This document shows positions 13,557 through 28,717 of a DNA stretch of 64,000 nt, piece after piece. How positions within the stretch are numbered: the first letter of the stretch is position 1; each line of letters opens with the position of its first letter. The notes beneath the pieces were generated by a model. The model ran no database searches. It was not told where the DNA came from and was given only the letters and a program-made list of their open reading frames with translations. The DNA is taken from contig CT868676.1 in the NCBI GenBank assembly GCA_000165425.1, positions 128,981 to 192,980 of the forward strand. The letters are read 5' to 3'. Made by a program: the position numbers and the translations under genes. The stretch comes from Paramecium tetraurelia. Lineage: Eukaryota.

Positions 13557-16130
13557 ATGAATTTGTTAATCTAAGATAAAACAGAGCAATTCTCTATGCC
13601 TAATTTGAACTTCAGCATATGTCAAATGATCAATTAGGCGACACTTAAATAATAGTAGTCGTCGACAACTGAATTCTTGACTCCATCAAAGCATCGTTCA
13701 ATGGAACAACTATTGAAATCGCCAGGAGTGTAGGAACTAATAAAGGATTCTATAAAAGCAGTTATAAAAAAGAAGGATTTTAGTCCAAAACTTTTTACAT
13801 AATATAAATATGATCAATTGGAGAGATCTGAAAGCCCAGCTTAATAAATTTTACCTAAAATAGAGAAAATCAATAATAATATTCATGTTCTTAAATAAAT
13901 ATAGCATCTGAAGAAGAAGAAACGTAAGGATTTGTAATTAAAACTTATAGCAAAAAACTAAGTAAACTCTCCAAAATCAAAGAAATCCAATCATTTAAAA
14001 TATTAATAAGGGAGGTTCATGTAAATATTCCCATAGACAGATGGCATATCCACTTTGAACATTTCATCTAAGCCAATTCACATTATCTGTACTATCAATT
14101 ATTTATGGTAGAAAGAAATAAATTTTAGGATTCCTTTTTGAATAACTCAATGGATAACAAATTAGAAAAAGAAATAGTTTAAAAAATTAGATTGCAAATG
14201 GAAAAGCACTCTACTCAAATTGAAACTGAAACAGTCAGAACAGCAAAGTAAGTTAGAAAAAATTCATAATTCATGAAAACTTCAAGGAATATAAAAATTG
14301 AGCCCATGGGAAATGTACCAAATGTAATGTAAGTGGCGAATGCAAATTCAACAACAACTTAATTACCAAGTATTAAAAAGAAAAAATTAAAGAAATTTGA
14401 TGGAATCTATTATTTTGATCCAAAATACCCGTAGGATTTGATATTTTAAGAAAGATATGCCTCTATGAGACACTATTTCAATGTAATGAATTTATCTAAT
14501 TGTCTTTTCGTTTAACCAAATTAAAATATTTACAAAGCATATGTTGGAAAAGGTAATAATGGAATGTTAGTAAGATAGATTTTAAAAACTAGATGGTGGT
14601 GGAGTATTTAGGATGAGCAAGAGTCTTCTCATTTTGTTTGGACTCAATTGAAAGTGAACTCAATACATGAAAATATGAAGGCTTTAAATCGAAATCCAAA
14701 TGAATCGATGAGTTGTCAAAGTGCCTCATCATCTCTAACAACAATAGGTTCTGTTAGTTTGGGCTTCTCGAAGTAGGATGAACAGAGTGAAAGTGAATTG
14801 ATAAAAGTTGATGCAATACAAAAAATTAATAGTTAATGGAGTAAGTTCCTTGTAAATGCAGAATTAAGATAATTTAGTACAATTCTTAATGGATAAGGTC
14901 GATAATCAAAATTATTAACTTTGGAGTAGGCTCAAGCAGTAAAACCTAAACTCTCTGTATATAATGAACCTGTTAAAGCACATAATCACTTAGAGAACAA
15001 TTTTCATTTAGGAAATAAGAAAGCTTTATTTTATAATATGAAGGCATATTATGAATCATAAAATTTGAATGTGTTTGAAAATCTACCTGTCACTTATCAT
15101 ATCAAAAGTCTGGATGGTCCAGAATATCATCAATTTATGGAGGCTTATAAAGAAAGATAATAAATGATTAATTAGGAAACTGATGAAAAGAACAAACGCA
15201 GAAATATTTGGATTATAAAGCCTGGGGAAATCACAAACAGAGGAAATGGGATCAAGGTATCTGAAGACATCAACGAAATTCAATCTATTTTAAACTCAAG
15301 AGAAATGCATAAGAATGGAAGCTATAAAACATTTATTGTGCAACTATATATTGATAGACCCTTGCTTTATAATAAACGCAAATTCGATATAAGATGCTAT
15401 AGTATGTATGTATCAATCAATGGAAATTAAAAAGGTTACTGGTACACTGAGGGATATGTCAGAACTTCCAGTAAAGAATTCACAATGAAAAATCTTACTA
15501 ATAAAATGGTTCATTTAACCAATGATGCAGTATAGAAAAAAGGAGAAGATTATGGGAAATATGAGAAAGGTAATAAAGTTAGTTTTGAAGAATTTTCGGT
15601 TTATGTTGAGAATCTCGGAGGTGATTTTAATAAGATCTATGCAAAAATGAAGGTATTTATATCTCACTTATAACTTATCTAGTAAATGGCAACTGAATAA
15701 TTTAAGGCAGTTTATGGTAAAATAGATTAGAATAAGAGGGAGAATACTTTTGAAATATTTGGATTAGATTTTATGATTGATGATACTTTCAACGTTAAAA
15801 TGATCGAGGCTAATACAAATCCTTCAATTGAAATTTGCTGTCCTTTACTATCTAAATTGATACCATAGATGCTGGACAATGCCTTCAAGTATTTATCATA
15901 CATAATTAAAGAATTGCATTGGATCCAATCTTTCCACCTCCAAACTTCTATAATCCCAAAAAGATTATTTGTGAAAATTATCTTGACAACAAATTTGAAT
16001 TGGTTTTTGATGAAATGACAGATGGACCACTCATTACTCAATCCCAACCTAATTGTATCAATCATTTATAACAAGCTTAGACGATATTGGATTAATTGAA
16101 GAAGAATCTGAAGAAGAAGAACCAGAATGA
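13557..16130 (+). CDS. Tubulin-tyrosine-ligase-like enzyme (TTLL), catalytic motifs intact
   Basis: YVGKGNNGMLVRQILKTRWWW, WIIKPGEITNRGNGI, IVQLYIDRPLLYNKRKFDIRCY, EGYVRTSS, HLTNDAVQK, FEIFGLDFMID and IEANTNP. Confidence 0.93.
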
Positions 16131-16282
16131 TTAATATTAATATTATTTTAATTTAAATTACTTAATTTAGAGCTTACGATTATAGTTGATATTTTATTTT
16201 AGTGTAAAACAGAAAAAAAATAACAGGATTATGATGTTTATACTAAACAATTCACGTTACCCTCCTTAAATTTTATTAATAG

Positions 16283-19200
16283 ATGAAGAAAGAATCCAAG
16301 TATTATTTAGGAAGTTTACTAGCACCATACTTTTATGAACCTAATTCCTTTATTGAATTAGATCCTAATGACAAAGCATTTCTTTGTCCTCAATTGATTG
16401 ATTTCAGTACTCCTATTGGCTCATTAAAAAATGAAAATATATCAACATACATTGTAACTAAAACCAAGTATTTCAAACAATCAAATTTGGTTCTGAAATA
16501 AAAGAAGATTGGTAAACAGGTTCACTACAAACCATTATAAATTCACGGAAGAATTTCTCATTGTTATGATGAAATCTGGTGGTTTTTATTGACAGTAGAT
16601 TATGTTAAGGTAATTGCAAGATAAGTGAATTTCAAATATCCAGACAATTTAAGATAAATTAGATTGGATGTCTATTTGAAGTAGAATGCTCTAAACGATT
16701 AATTTGATCTATCTAAATTCAATCAAAAAGCATTCTAAGACGGCTTTGTGAGTAGAGAAAGATTTTCATATGCAGAATCAGAGGAGGATCTCAATGTAGA
16801 CTTGCAATACTTCGCTCGCTTATCCCTTCTACTCCTATTCGATTTGCTAAATCTCTAAAGAACAATACCAGCAATGATCAAATCAGACAAGTACGTTAAG
16901 ATATTTTTTACTCAATTGGAGAAATTTCATTCCCTTCAAATGGGATAACCTCTCAGACTTGATCTAACTTTTAAAGATTTTGCAAGAGTAATCATTACAA
17001 ATAATGAGTACTATAGGAATTCATTGTAAAATTCAGCATTTTCCAATAAATTATATTCTCTAAAGGATTTTAAGAGTTCCTGCTTGTTTTTATCAAAAAA
17101 TAAATATTACACTAATGAAGAATCCTAATTCACTCCGATCCAATAGGAAGTACTGATTTACTAAAATGTTTACTTTAAAAAGTACATGAATACTCTATTG
17201 CTTGAAATATAGAAGTTTATATCCACATCTACCAAACATGTACCTGAACACAAATAGCAGAACTATTAGAAGTATTGTTTTGAGTTGTTGTTCCTCAAAC
17301 TGAGTTGCACTTATCAATCATTATGTTAGGGATTTCATACTCATCAACCGAGTATTGATAAGCTTAATGAGTTGAGATATAAGGTTGATAATATTGAATA
17401 ATTGAGTGTAAAGACATTTCTATCACTAAATGCTGAGAATTCATCCTTATATAAAGAGGTTTAAAATCCATTCATCTAGGTTATTGTGGGAGGGATAACC
17501 CATAAGAAAGACAAAGAATACTTTGAATTATAGATTTCTTCAGGGAATTTATGTGATTGTTTAAAATATTAGCAAAAATTAAAATAGTTAGACATCAACA
17601 GAAGAGAACAAGTTTAAATGATGATAGATTTTTGTACAGGTAAATTAAAATTGTCTGAAGAAATCAATGAGAATGAAATTAATTCATTCTTAAATAGTAA
17701 AGATTAAGAATTATATGAACATCCTAAACCTAAAACTATGGCTTGTGAATTAAAATAACATTAGAAATAAGCATTGACTTGGATGTTATGGAGAGAAGGC
17801 ATAATACCCAATCCAAAAAATTAAGAAACTAAAGAAAAAGGTTAATGGCAATTGTCTCCGTTATGGGAGGAAGTTCTGTTAGAGAATGGCAAAAAATTGT
17901 ATATGAATACATTTACTGGTAAAATAACAGATGAATTTCAATCTTATAATACTACAAAAGGAGGAATCCTTGCAGATGAAATGGGATTAGGAAAAACTAT
18001 TATGACCTTGGCTTTGATTTTGTAAACTTAAAAAAAAGGAAGAGTTACATTAATCATTGTTCCAAAATCAGTTTTATTATAATGGGAGGCTGAAATTAAA
18101 AAGCATTCTTTACCTAATAGTCTTCAAGTTTTGATATTCTATAAGATCTCAAATAGAAATAAGAAAGTCGTTTTTTCTAATTATGATGTTATTTTGACAA
18201 CATACACAGTATTGGCTTAGAATTATTCTAATTGGCTTAAAGAGAATGGATTAGAAGACAATGAAATACAATAGAGAGTAAGGAATAAACCTGATAATGA
18301 ATCTAAGGAATATAAAGAATATAAAGAGTCTAAAGAATCTAAAATTAGTAATGATACATAAATCTTAAATGATAGTTTTGAAATTGAATTAGATTCCTAA
18401 GATTTCTGTTAAAATAATGATCAAAGTGAAGAATTCAAATCAATCTTTGACTTAAAATCAAATAAAACTGAAAAGTCCTAATACTTTGGAGAACCAATCG
18501 AAATAAGTTAAAATGATTATGAATGCGGAACTAAACCAAAGAAAAATAATGTAGGAAAAGTCACTAATCTATTTGACTATACTTATTATAGAGTTATTTT
18601 AGATGAAGCTCATAATATCAAAACCAAAAGTACACTATAAACTAGAAGTGCTATGGCATTAAAGAGTGAATGCCGATGGTGTCTGACTGGTACTCCAATC
18701 TAGAACAAACATGACGATTTATTCAGTTTATTATCATTTTTAAGAGTCGAAACCTTTGGTGAATAGTATAATATTTATTTATAAACATAGTTATTGGTGG
18801 AATGCATATATCAACAAGGAGGAAAATGAGGAAGAATAGCAATGCATTCTGGGAGAGATAATCAAACCAATCATTCTCAGAAGAACCAAATAGTAATTGA
18901 GTAATCAAAGTTAATTACTAATAAATGAATCAATCTGTTGGGTTAAATTAGAGCATAAGGAAAGAGCCCTTTATGATAAATTCTTTGAGGGAACTTAATA
19001 ATTATTCAAAGTCTATTTGAATTCTGAAAAGAGCAGATAGTTTGTTCACATCTTTCAGATCATTAATAAATTAAGAATGACCTGTGATCATCCTTCTATT
19101 GCTCTAAAGGGAATTAATTTAGATACCAATTCCATAGATGAAATTAAATATTGTATAGAAAACTTTTTTGCTAAGTAAAAGTCAGGAGACCAAGAGATAT

Positions 19201-20034
19201 CAGAGAAGCAGAGATAATAATTGATCGATCTAATATAAAGAGGTAACTTAAATGATTGTACTCTCTGTTCTGAAGATGGAATTACTACTTTTGATATCTC
19301 TATTTGTGGCCATGTCTATTGTCATAAGTATTATAACCTATTAATTTTTAGTTGTTTCAAAGAAGTTATAGAAACCATTGGAGAATGTCCAACTTGTTCT
19401 AAAAGATTAAGCTTGAAAGACATTATGAGTGTCCAGAGCAACTCTATAGAAGTTTAAGAAATCAAGGAAACAAAGTGGGGGCCTAGTAGTAAAATACTTG
19501 CAGTTGTTAATGAAACTAAAAAAGTACAACTTAAAAGAGAAAAGTGTCTAATCTTCACCTAATGGATATAAATGATTAGATTACTTGAAGAAAAATTCCA
19601 AGAAGAACAGATATGGTGTTAAGTAGTTACAGGTGCTATGTCTGTAGAACAAAGAAACAAAGTTATTCAATCATTTGAACAACATCCTTCCATCACTGCT
19701 TTAATATTATCTTTGAGGGCTACATCAACAGGGTTGAATTTAACTATGGCTAATCATGTGTTCTTAGTGGATCCATGGTGGAATGTATTTCATTTAATAT
19801 TATTATTAGCCGGCCATTGAAGATCAAGCTATCGGAAGGGCTGATCGAATTGGATAAAAGAAGTAAGTCAACGTGATTAGATTTCTGTGTGCAAATACAA
19901 TTGAAGAGAAAATTAACTTGCTACATCAAAAGAAAAAGAAAATGATAAGGAAAGTCATAGCTAATGAATAAAAAAAATCATAAGATATTGATGACTTTAA
20001 GTTTTTAATCTTTGAACAACCAAATATGATTTGA
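16283..20034 (+). CDS. RAD5: Rad5/HLTF-like SNF2 helicase with inserted RING finger
   Basis: GGILADEMGLGKT, RVILDEAHNIK, RWCLTGTPIQN, RING CTLC...ICGHVYCHNC...ECPTC, and GLNLTMANHVFLVDPWWNPAIEDQAIGRADRIGQ. Confidence 0.88.
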
Positions 20035-20609
20035 TATTATTTGTTTTAAGTAAACTTATATATAAATTAATTCTATTAGAATCGTTTTCAATTCATATCT
20101 TTTTTGTATTGTAAAATTGCCAAATTTAAAGTTCATTCTAGAGAATATTTACAAAACTAAAATCAAAATTCATTATTTACAATTTATTCATTTATATTAA
20201 TTTTATTTATATAATTTTTAATATTATAATTTAAAATTGCATATTTATATATTAAAATCCAAAAAAATAATCTTACCTGAGGCATTTTCCGTCTTAAAAA
20301 TTTTAATAAAGTTTATTAATTATTCTTTTAGAATATATTATTTCACTCAAATAAGTGAGTTCAAAAAGACATTTAAATGTAAATATTCATCATCATACCC
20401 TAACTAGAGTTTTCTTTGCTTGTGACTAAAAATGGATGTATTTGTAACAATCAGAAATGACAAAGCAGATATAATTATGCTATAATCAAATATTACTTTT
20501 ACTATGAACTTTCCTTCTTATAAGTACCAACTAATGTAAGTTAAATAAAATAGCATAAAGATATAAATTTAGAATATAAAACAAGTTAATTCACTTAATA
20601 ATATCATTT

Positions 20610-22831
20610 TCAAAAATGTTATGAGTATATTTATATTTTTTTTATTCTTCTTCCTAATTTGATTTCAGTTTTTCGATTTTAAGTTATGCTTTTACTCTTT
20701 CTAAAGCATAATCTTTTTCAAGTTTAGCTTTTTCTTCTCCTTTGGCTTAATTTAGTTTTTCATCTCTTAAATTTTCATTTGCATGTTCTTCCATTAATAA
20801 TCTCATCATATCTTAATTATGCTTTTAAACCATTTTATTTAATTAAATAAGAATTTAAGGACTAGGAGGTTCTGCTCTAACAGGTTCCGATTTCTTCTTA
20901 GCATCAATTTTTTTATGGAATTTAGGAGTAGTCTTATGAGCTAAATTTGATAGATTAAAATACCTTACTACTCAAAAATAGGTAAAGTTTGTTTAATATC
21001 TAATTTCTCTTAAACTTTACTTTATTCAGGCTTAGCAGATTAAATCTTATTTGGTCTAACAGATTGTACCTTATCAGGCCTTTCTTTTGCTTAATTTGTT
21101 TTAGGTCTAGTGGATGAGAAAGTACGATAAGGATTAGTTTAATTAGAAAATTTGGCATCTGGCTCAGTCATACCTAATTGTTTCTAAATTTCAGAAGGTG
21201 GTAGTTTGCCTTCTCTAACCTTTTCAAATTTGATCATGATTTCTCTTTTCTATTTTTCAATTTCTCTTCTAAGATTATGTCTTTAAGATAGTAGTTGATC
21301 AAGATCCTCTGATAACTTATCTGCTCTTTGCATTTTTTCTACAATTTTTTCTTATAATTTTTATTTATCATACTCTTATTTTCTCATAATTCTTTCTACA
21401 TTCTCCCTTTTATCAAAACGCTTCAACATATCCATAGTTTTTCTGTCTTAAAGTTACTCATTCCTTTCTTCTTGTATTTTTTACAATATTTCTTCTTTTT
21501 CATTTATCTTCTTAACCAATTCTTCTATTTTCTATTTATTGTTTTCTTCATTTAATAATAACACTTATTTTCTTTATTACTCTTTTTCTTTTTCAAGTTA
21601 TTTTTTTAATTCTTTTTCTTTTTCTAATTCTTCTTCAATATATTTTCTTCTTTCTTCTACTTCTTATATTTTCTTCAAATATAAATTCTTCTTTTCTTAT
21701 TCCAATTGATTATTTTACTCAATAACCTTTTAAAATAATTCAGAATGCTTTTCAGCCTCCTTTCTTTACTGTTCAAATTTCCTTCTTTTTTCTTCTTCAT
21801 ATTATTTTTATTTCACTTCGCTTAATTTTATCTTTCTTTCAAAATCCTATATCTAGATATTAAATATACTTCTTTTAATTTTTAAAGTTCAGCTTCATTC
21901 CTTTATTTTGCTTATTAAATTCTTTCTTCATTTTATAATCTTGCTAATTCTGCTTCTTGTTTCTTTTTTAATTTTTATTCTTCTAATGCTTTTCTTCTTT
22001 ATTCTGCTTTGAGTTCCATTTCCTATTTTCTCTTTTCTAATAATTCTGATTAAATTCGTTAATTTTCCTCATTTTATTTCCTTAATTTTTCTTAAATAGC
22101 TTTTCGTTCTTCATCTTTTTTCTTTGCTTCCTCTTCTCTTTCTTTTTATTTCAGCTCTTCTAATTTAAGTCGTTCCTTTTCTTTCAATTCCATTTCCTTT
22201 AATTTTTACCTTTGTAACTCTTCTTCCTACTCTCTCTTTTATTATTTCTCCAATTCCTTTTATTTTCTTTATTCCTCTTGTTCAGCTCTTTTCCGTTGCA
22301 ATTCAAGATCTCTTTGCTATTATTTGGCTATTTCTTCAGCCTACTTCTTTTCATTTTCTAATCTTATTTCTTGCATTTTCAATTCATATTCAAGCATACC
22401 TTCTATTTCTTTTTGCTGCTTCTTTTTCATTTTCTCCAATTATTGCTTTTCCTTCTCAACCAAAGAGGATGTTTCTTATTAACCATATTTTGATATCACT
22501 TTACTTTTAGATAATCCTTCAGAACTCCATGTCCCTTGAGGTAAGAATAATATGATTTACCAGTTTTTTCATCTTCAAGAACAATATGTCTCTATTTAAT
22601 GAGTTCTTCGAATTTCTTTTCTCTTCTCTCCTCATAATGCTTGTAAAATTGTTCTATTCCCTTGTGATCTAGATTTTTCATTTTGTATCTCTTTTGAAAT
22701 TCCTCAAACGGAATCTTAACTATTTCGCTTGGTTATATTCCTTCTCTTCTACAAGCCTCAAGAGACCGTGGTGTATTGATTTCTGGAGCATTTGGTTGAT
22801 GAAAACCAAAATCTTACAATGAAACTTTCAT
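20610..22831 (-). CDS. Charged coiled-coil (E/K/Q/R-rich) protein
   Basis: ATG 22831 MKVSLQDFGFHQPNAPEINTPRSLEACRREGIQPSEIVK, followed by a long charged helical region; tiny introns near 21850 and 22540. Confidence 0.75.
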
Positions 22832-22859
22832 TTAATTTAAGTTAAAAGAAATAAAAAAA

Positions 22860-23940
22860 ATTTTTTTCATTATTTCTAAATCCTGTTCTTCTCATCGATA
22901 TCTTAAGTAAGACTCTACATCGTATTTCCCTCCCTAATAACAATGCCAACATAATAATCCAGAAATGTCATACATCTTCTCGCTCCTCATTTATTAATTA
23001 AGCCTTTATAGGATAAAGATAATTACTCCAGCCTCTCCTATATGCCAACCATAATATGTATCAATAATAAAAGATGTTCTCCAATAGTTTCAACCTTTTT
23101 AGACATAACACTATATCAGCTTTTTGAGTAATTCAATACCTTACATAAAGGAGTTCTCAAATTTTCAGTACCTGCACAGAATATAGATTACAGGATAAAG
23201 ATCAAGTCTCATATTTATAGTTGCACCCAAAGTAGTTGCTCCGTATTCCTTTGTGAAGTATAACACCAAATGCTTATGAAATAAGTCTATTTCTAAAAGT
23301 ATTTCAATAGAAGTCTATAAACTTTTACCCTTCTTGTTTTAATACTTCATAATCATTGGAGTTTTTTACTCGTTACCATATGTAATCCATGTTCCTCATG
23401 ATGATGAACTAAATTTATCGCATTATCCTTTCTTGAAAACAAGAGTTAGGATTCTCAAATCAACTCCGAACGCTATCAATTTTATGATCATCAGAAATCC
23501 TTAACACATGTTAAATTCAAAGTTCCTGATATTGTTTCAAAATATAATTTTTAAATCTAACGCTACCTCTATTTAACCTCCTTTTAAATATCTTTCAATT
23601 ATCTAATAATCATTGCCTGAATCAAAATATGCAAATCATTCTATATATTCATACTTATCAATCACCATATGGAAATCATGAATTCTTCTATCCATTCTAC
23701 CCTTAGACACTTCATAATAATAATCAAGTGTTTCTTTTATATAAAGTTACTCATAAAATCAGTTTTTTATTTATATTTCTATATTATTAATAGGCTGAGT
23801 GTTTCTGGAAAATAATGATATAGTTGAAATACTTTGATTTCAAATACCAAAAGCCATAGATATACTTTCTATCATGTATTTATTTAAATGCTTCTTTTGA
23901 AAAACGTAAGAAATTCAGACCTTTGAAAATAATCATAATA
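22860..23940 (-). pseudogene. Probable decayed gene (weak SPRY/B30.2-like remnant)
   Basis: 1.1 kb of coding-like composition with no intact frame on either strand. One minus frame reads ...GTWITYGN...IEILLEIDL...LVLYFTKEYG...LDLYPVIYI between scattered TGAs. Confidence 0.35.
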
Positions 23941-24004
23941 TTAATTTATGTAAAATTCTTATTAGCTTGTAATTAATTACAATTTTATATCTAAATATAA
24001 TTCT

Positions 24005-27000
24005 TCACTCTTATTCATTTTCTTAATGATCACTATCAGAGTTAATATTCTACTATAATCTTCTCTATTGAACTGCCTCTTTAAGGAATTGTAATTTCTC
24101 TCTATATTGATTTATTTCAATTTCTTATTCCTCAATCATTTAATCAAGTTCCCTCTCTTCGGGTTGGTCATTCATTTATTCAATTTAACGACTTTTCAAA
24201 TCCTCTTCGTCTTGCAACAATTTAATCTCCCTCCTCAAATCATTAATCTCACTAATGAGATCTACATTTTAACTCATAATTCTATTGTTATCTTATTTAT
24301 GAACTCTCAATTTCTTGGAAAACTTCTCCTTCAATCCTTTATTGGTAGTTTCTAAATGAGCTCTCTCTTTAATGAACTCCTTTTAGACATCTACATTCTC
24401 GAATTTCTTCTTTGAAACAACACTTTAGACATATTTATTAAACAACTTAAGCATATCGGACTTTAGTCTCTTAAAATCCTAAATGATTAATAATAATATT
24501 ACATTTAAATGTGGATGAGTTTCTGAAATATCATATTCAAATGCCTTGATATATTAAGAATTGCTTTCTATTACTTGCTATTGATTTTCTATTTCTTGTT
24601 TCATACCTGCTTATCTCAAGTTTAAGTCAGTTACAATCAATCCAAGATTTGCATTAACTTTTTTGAAATGCAATATTTCCGTATTCATATTGGTGATTTA
24701 TTCTTTCATTTTTGTAATCTCCTCCTCTCTTGGTCCAATGTCTCTTTTTAATTCTTTAATTTTGTAATCCAACACAAATTTAAACTTTTCAAGTTCTTAT
24801 GTTTTTTTCTTTAATTCATAAATACGCTTCTATTTATCCTATATTGTTTTATCTCTTTCTTTTATTTCCTTGTCATGACTCTCCTTCTCCTTTTGATATT
24901 ACCTATTTAATTCTTGATTTTATGCAATATCTTCCATAATTTCCTTGACTTTGGAATTAGCCTATTCTAAAGTAGATTGCACATTATCAAATTCAGTTTT
25001 CTTAGTTCTCTTTTCCAATTCAGCCTTATCCAATTCATCTGATAGTTTCTTCATTTCAGCCTCATTAATCTCTTTCTTTTTATCTATTTCCTTCTCTGCA
25101 TCATCTTCTAACTTATTTCTCTCTTCTATGAATCTTCTTTGATTTTCCTCCTTATCCTTTTATAATTATTCATACAATTCTTGTTCTTTTTTTAATTATT
25201 TTTCATATTCTCTTTTCTTCTCATTTTTAGTTTCTGTGCTCTTATCCTTTTATTCCTTAATATACCTTTGGAATTCCTAAAGTTTCAGTTGTTTCTCTTT
25301 AGTTAATTCCTCCAATCTTTGTGATTCCAATGCCATTTTCTATTTGAAATCATTTTCAGTAGTTTTTTTATTCTTTTCATGATTTTCATATAATTATTTC
25401 TTTTCTTCTTTGAAATCACTATCTAATTTATTGATATCATTCTCTAATTCTTGTATTTTGGCTTTTTCTCTTTTTTCCAATTAATCAATTTATTCTTCCA
25501 ATTTTCTAATCAATTCATCCTTCTCTTTTGTGTACATATTCTACTTAATCTTTTAATTGATATCATGTTCTTTAATTTTTTATTTTAAGTCCTCTATCTT
25601 AGCAATCTTCTTTTTATACTAATCCCTTTGCATCAAGAATTCATCAGCGTAAGCCTAAACACCATAAGCCTATCCTCCATCTTTGAACTCTATTTTGGAA
25701 CTCTAATCTTTAACATCATAAATAATCAAGGAATTATCATAAGAAGCAGTAAAGACATAGGAATCATCATATGATACTTTCATCTATGTAATTCCTTTAA
25801 TATGTGGTTATATTTCTATGATTTCCTCCGGTGCAAGAGGATATTTGGCAAATCTGAGACCCCCTGGTTCAAATTTCATGTTTTTAATGTTCTACTTTTG
25901 AGTGAATTCAGATGAGTTAGCCAATTAACAAGTAGCGAACAACATGATCTTTTCACTATTAAAAATTGCCATTTTGCTTACTCTACATCCAGTTTGAATA
26001 GGATAGAGAGGAATTTCCTTCTTTGTACCTTCAGTTGCTTCCTTGTGGATCTTGGTATGATGTTGAGATTCGTAGATACAGTATTATCCATCATATGGAC
26101 CTGCTATATACACTTTTTAAAGTTCAATATTGGCATATGTTTTAGGAGTACAAATGCATTCAATAGGTTGAGATTGAATCATAGCCAATTATAGTTTATT
26201 TTAATTATCCTCCAATCTCCAGTAGAGTACAAAACCATTGTCACTTCCAGTATAGAATCCTAAATCATCAATATCCCATTCAATAGTGGAGATGTTTCCT
26301 GTGGATTATTTGAATATGTAATTCTATGGATTCTCACCTGTGTAGAATTGATAGATTTAAACTAAGTTCTGATTGGCGACTGCAAATAAATGACCTCCAT
26401 GGGCAAATTTAATTTATTAGCAATTCTTGATATGAATTTCTTTAAATGAATTTAAATCTTTTTCAAATAGATTGTAAAGTACGATTTTATCAGAAAAGGA
26501 AACAATCAAATGAAATCCAGAAGGATGAATAGCCACAGCCAAAGGTGTATCCTCGCATTCCTTCATGACCTCCAATATCAATTCATTGAAATTCCATATT
26601 CTAATGCTTCGATCATCTGAGACAGTAACTACCAATGACTTTCTAGTACAAACATCCAAGCCTGTAATTGGTCCACTGTGGAAAGGTGCTATTAAATGAT
26701 CAAATTTTATTTCATCTTCATTTGCTACTTCTCTATCTGCACTAAAAGGAATGCTGAACACTTAACCAGATTCAACTCCAAAGATTAGATTATCTTCTTG
26801 ATTTGTCAGACATAAACTTGTGATTTTGGCTATTATTTGTTTGTTTTATATTCTTTTATCAATTCGAACATATGGATTTTTAAGATCACCTTCGTGTTTT
26901 CTATAAATGTAGATCATGCAATCACTTCCTCCAACAATAAACCCATTTGAATATTTGACTATGCATTCTATTGGAAATCCCTCAATTGATTGTTAATTCG

Positions 27001-27853
27001 AATTTTAAAGTGGTGAAAGTACTAATTTGAATTCGCAATTCTCATTAAAATACAACACCTCTCCTCTATCTGTTCCTACTACCATTGTCTTAGAATCACC
27101 TAAGATACAATAAGAAAGGAAGTTAGTAGAATGGGTTTCCTAATAAAATAATGTAAAATGCTTACTTCCTTCTTCTTTTGAAAAGGAGAATCTTTTGGTT
27201 TTGGAGGATTGTCTGGTATCAATTTGTAAGGTTTGATAGCTCCATTACCCATTACACATACAAAATCATCTTCTTTTGGATGATAAAACACTTAATGGAA
27301 TTTGATGGAATCCCCTTTTGCATTTATTATTGTGCTTCCTAGACACTTTGATTTGTCCCATGCCCAATGTATCAGCATTTATTCTGGAGGGGCACTCAAT
27401 GCTACTAAATATTTTGATTCTTCTGTCCTTGAAAAATCAAGACTCACATAATAACGAGATTTGCAATCTGTTGTACTCAATATTTTAGTTTTTCGAGTGT
27501 TTAAGTCCAATATTACTATTATTCCTGCATCACTTTCCTCTGACCATGCAATATACCTAAATTACATTTTGAATCTACCTCCTGGATTATGAAATAGTTA
27601 AACATGTAACACCCTTGCTCCCTAGTACTGTTTGAATAATTTCCTAAGACTTATTCTTATCAGCTATGGGATCAAAAATCACTATATTATTTGCTGCAGG
27701 GTATATGAATTTAGTTTTAGTTGATTTCTCCTACACATTTGTCTATGTCCCTTAGAGAATTGAGTTTTTGATGTCACCTCTAAAACCGAAGACATATTTT
27801 AATCCCAAGACTTCCTTCAATGGTTTCGGTTACTTATTTTCGGGTTGAGACAT
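24005..27853 (-). CDS. CFAP57: Cilia- and flagella-associated protein 57 (WD40 + coiled coil)
   Basis: [56 protein letters not shown] and AIHPSGFHL; coiled coil with [30 protein letters not shown]. Confidence 0.92.
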
Positions 27854-28204
27854 TATAATTCAATAAAATACTAATTAATCAATTTATTTGAAATACATTT
27901 CTTAATTGGATTATAAAACGTGTTCCAAATTTCAGGAACATCAACATTATTCAATTAGAAACTTAGAGCATATGCTAAAAGCATTTGGTTTTTGTTCTTT
28001 TATACCTAATAACTCTCAACACTTTTGGTTCTTTAATTTTATAGAATAATATTGAAAATAAATAACTCAAAAATCCGTAACTCCATCTTTCAGACAAATA
28101 ATACTATTTTCTACATCCAGAAGACTAAAATGCTTTATGTATTGTATTTATGAATAAAAATATTGAATGACAAAAATTATCATTTGAAAAACGCTTAGTA
28201 TAAA

Positions 28205-28555
28205 TCACTATGTGACTAATGTCAGTTGTGTGATTTCATATAAACTTTCCCTCAAAATAGGGAAAGCTTAGCTGAAGTGTTTATCATCGTACAAGTATTC
28301 GATCACATCAGATGCTTGATAGAGTAATTCTATTTTCTGTATGTGATCTTTAACTAGAGTAAGTTTTTATTTTATTTAAAACAACTCATTTATTTTTTCC
28401 TACAAGTATCCTCCCAATGAATGAGTATCTCCAACGAGTTCCAAATATAGGGACAACCGTTAAAAAATGAAATCTAATCTTTACGAGGTGAGTCTTTCAC
28501 AGAACCTCCATTCTTTGCTCTATCTTCTTGACCTTTTGGTGTGACAAGCTCCCAT
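28205..28555 (-). CDS. 116-aa hypothetical protein with N-myristoylation/palmitoylation-like start (MGAC)
   Basis: Intronless frame MGACHTKRSRRQSKEWRFCERL...FSQAFPILRESLYEITQLTLVTQ-TGA. Confidence 0.7.
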
Positions 28556-28717
28556 TTTCAATTTTCGTTTTAAACTTTATGGATTAAATTTATTTATAAA
28601 TCTAATTAATTAAAGACTAGTAGAATATATAATGCAATTTTTTGAATAGAATATCCCTAATCTTATGGAGAGAGAGAAGAGATAAAATCGTTAGTATGAA
28701 TAATTAGAATATACAAA

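Noticed and set aside
22860..23940. TGA read-through or selenoprotein recoding in a long minus frame with about eight in-frame TGAs
   Set aside because: The TGA density is roughly what random AT-rich sequence would give, the positions are not motif-like, and I saw no SECIS-like hairpin.
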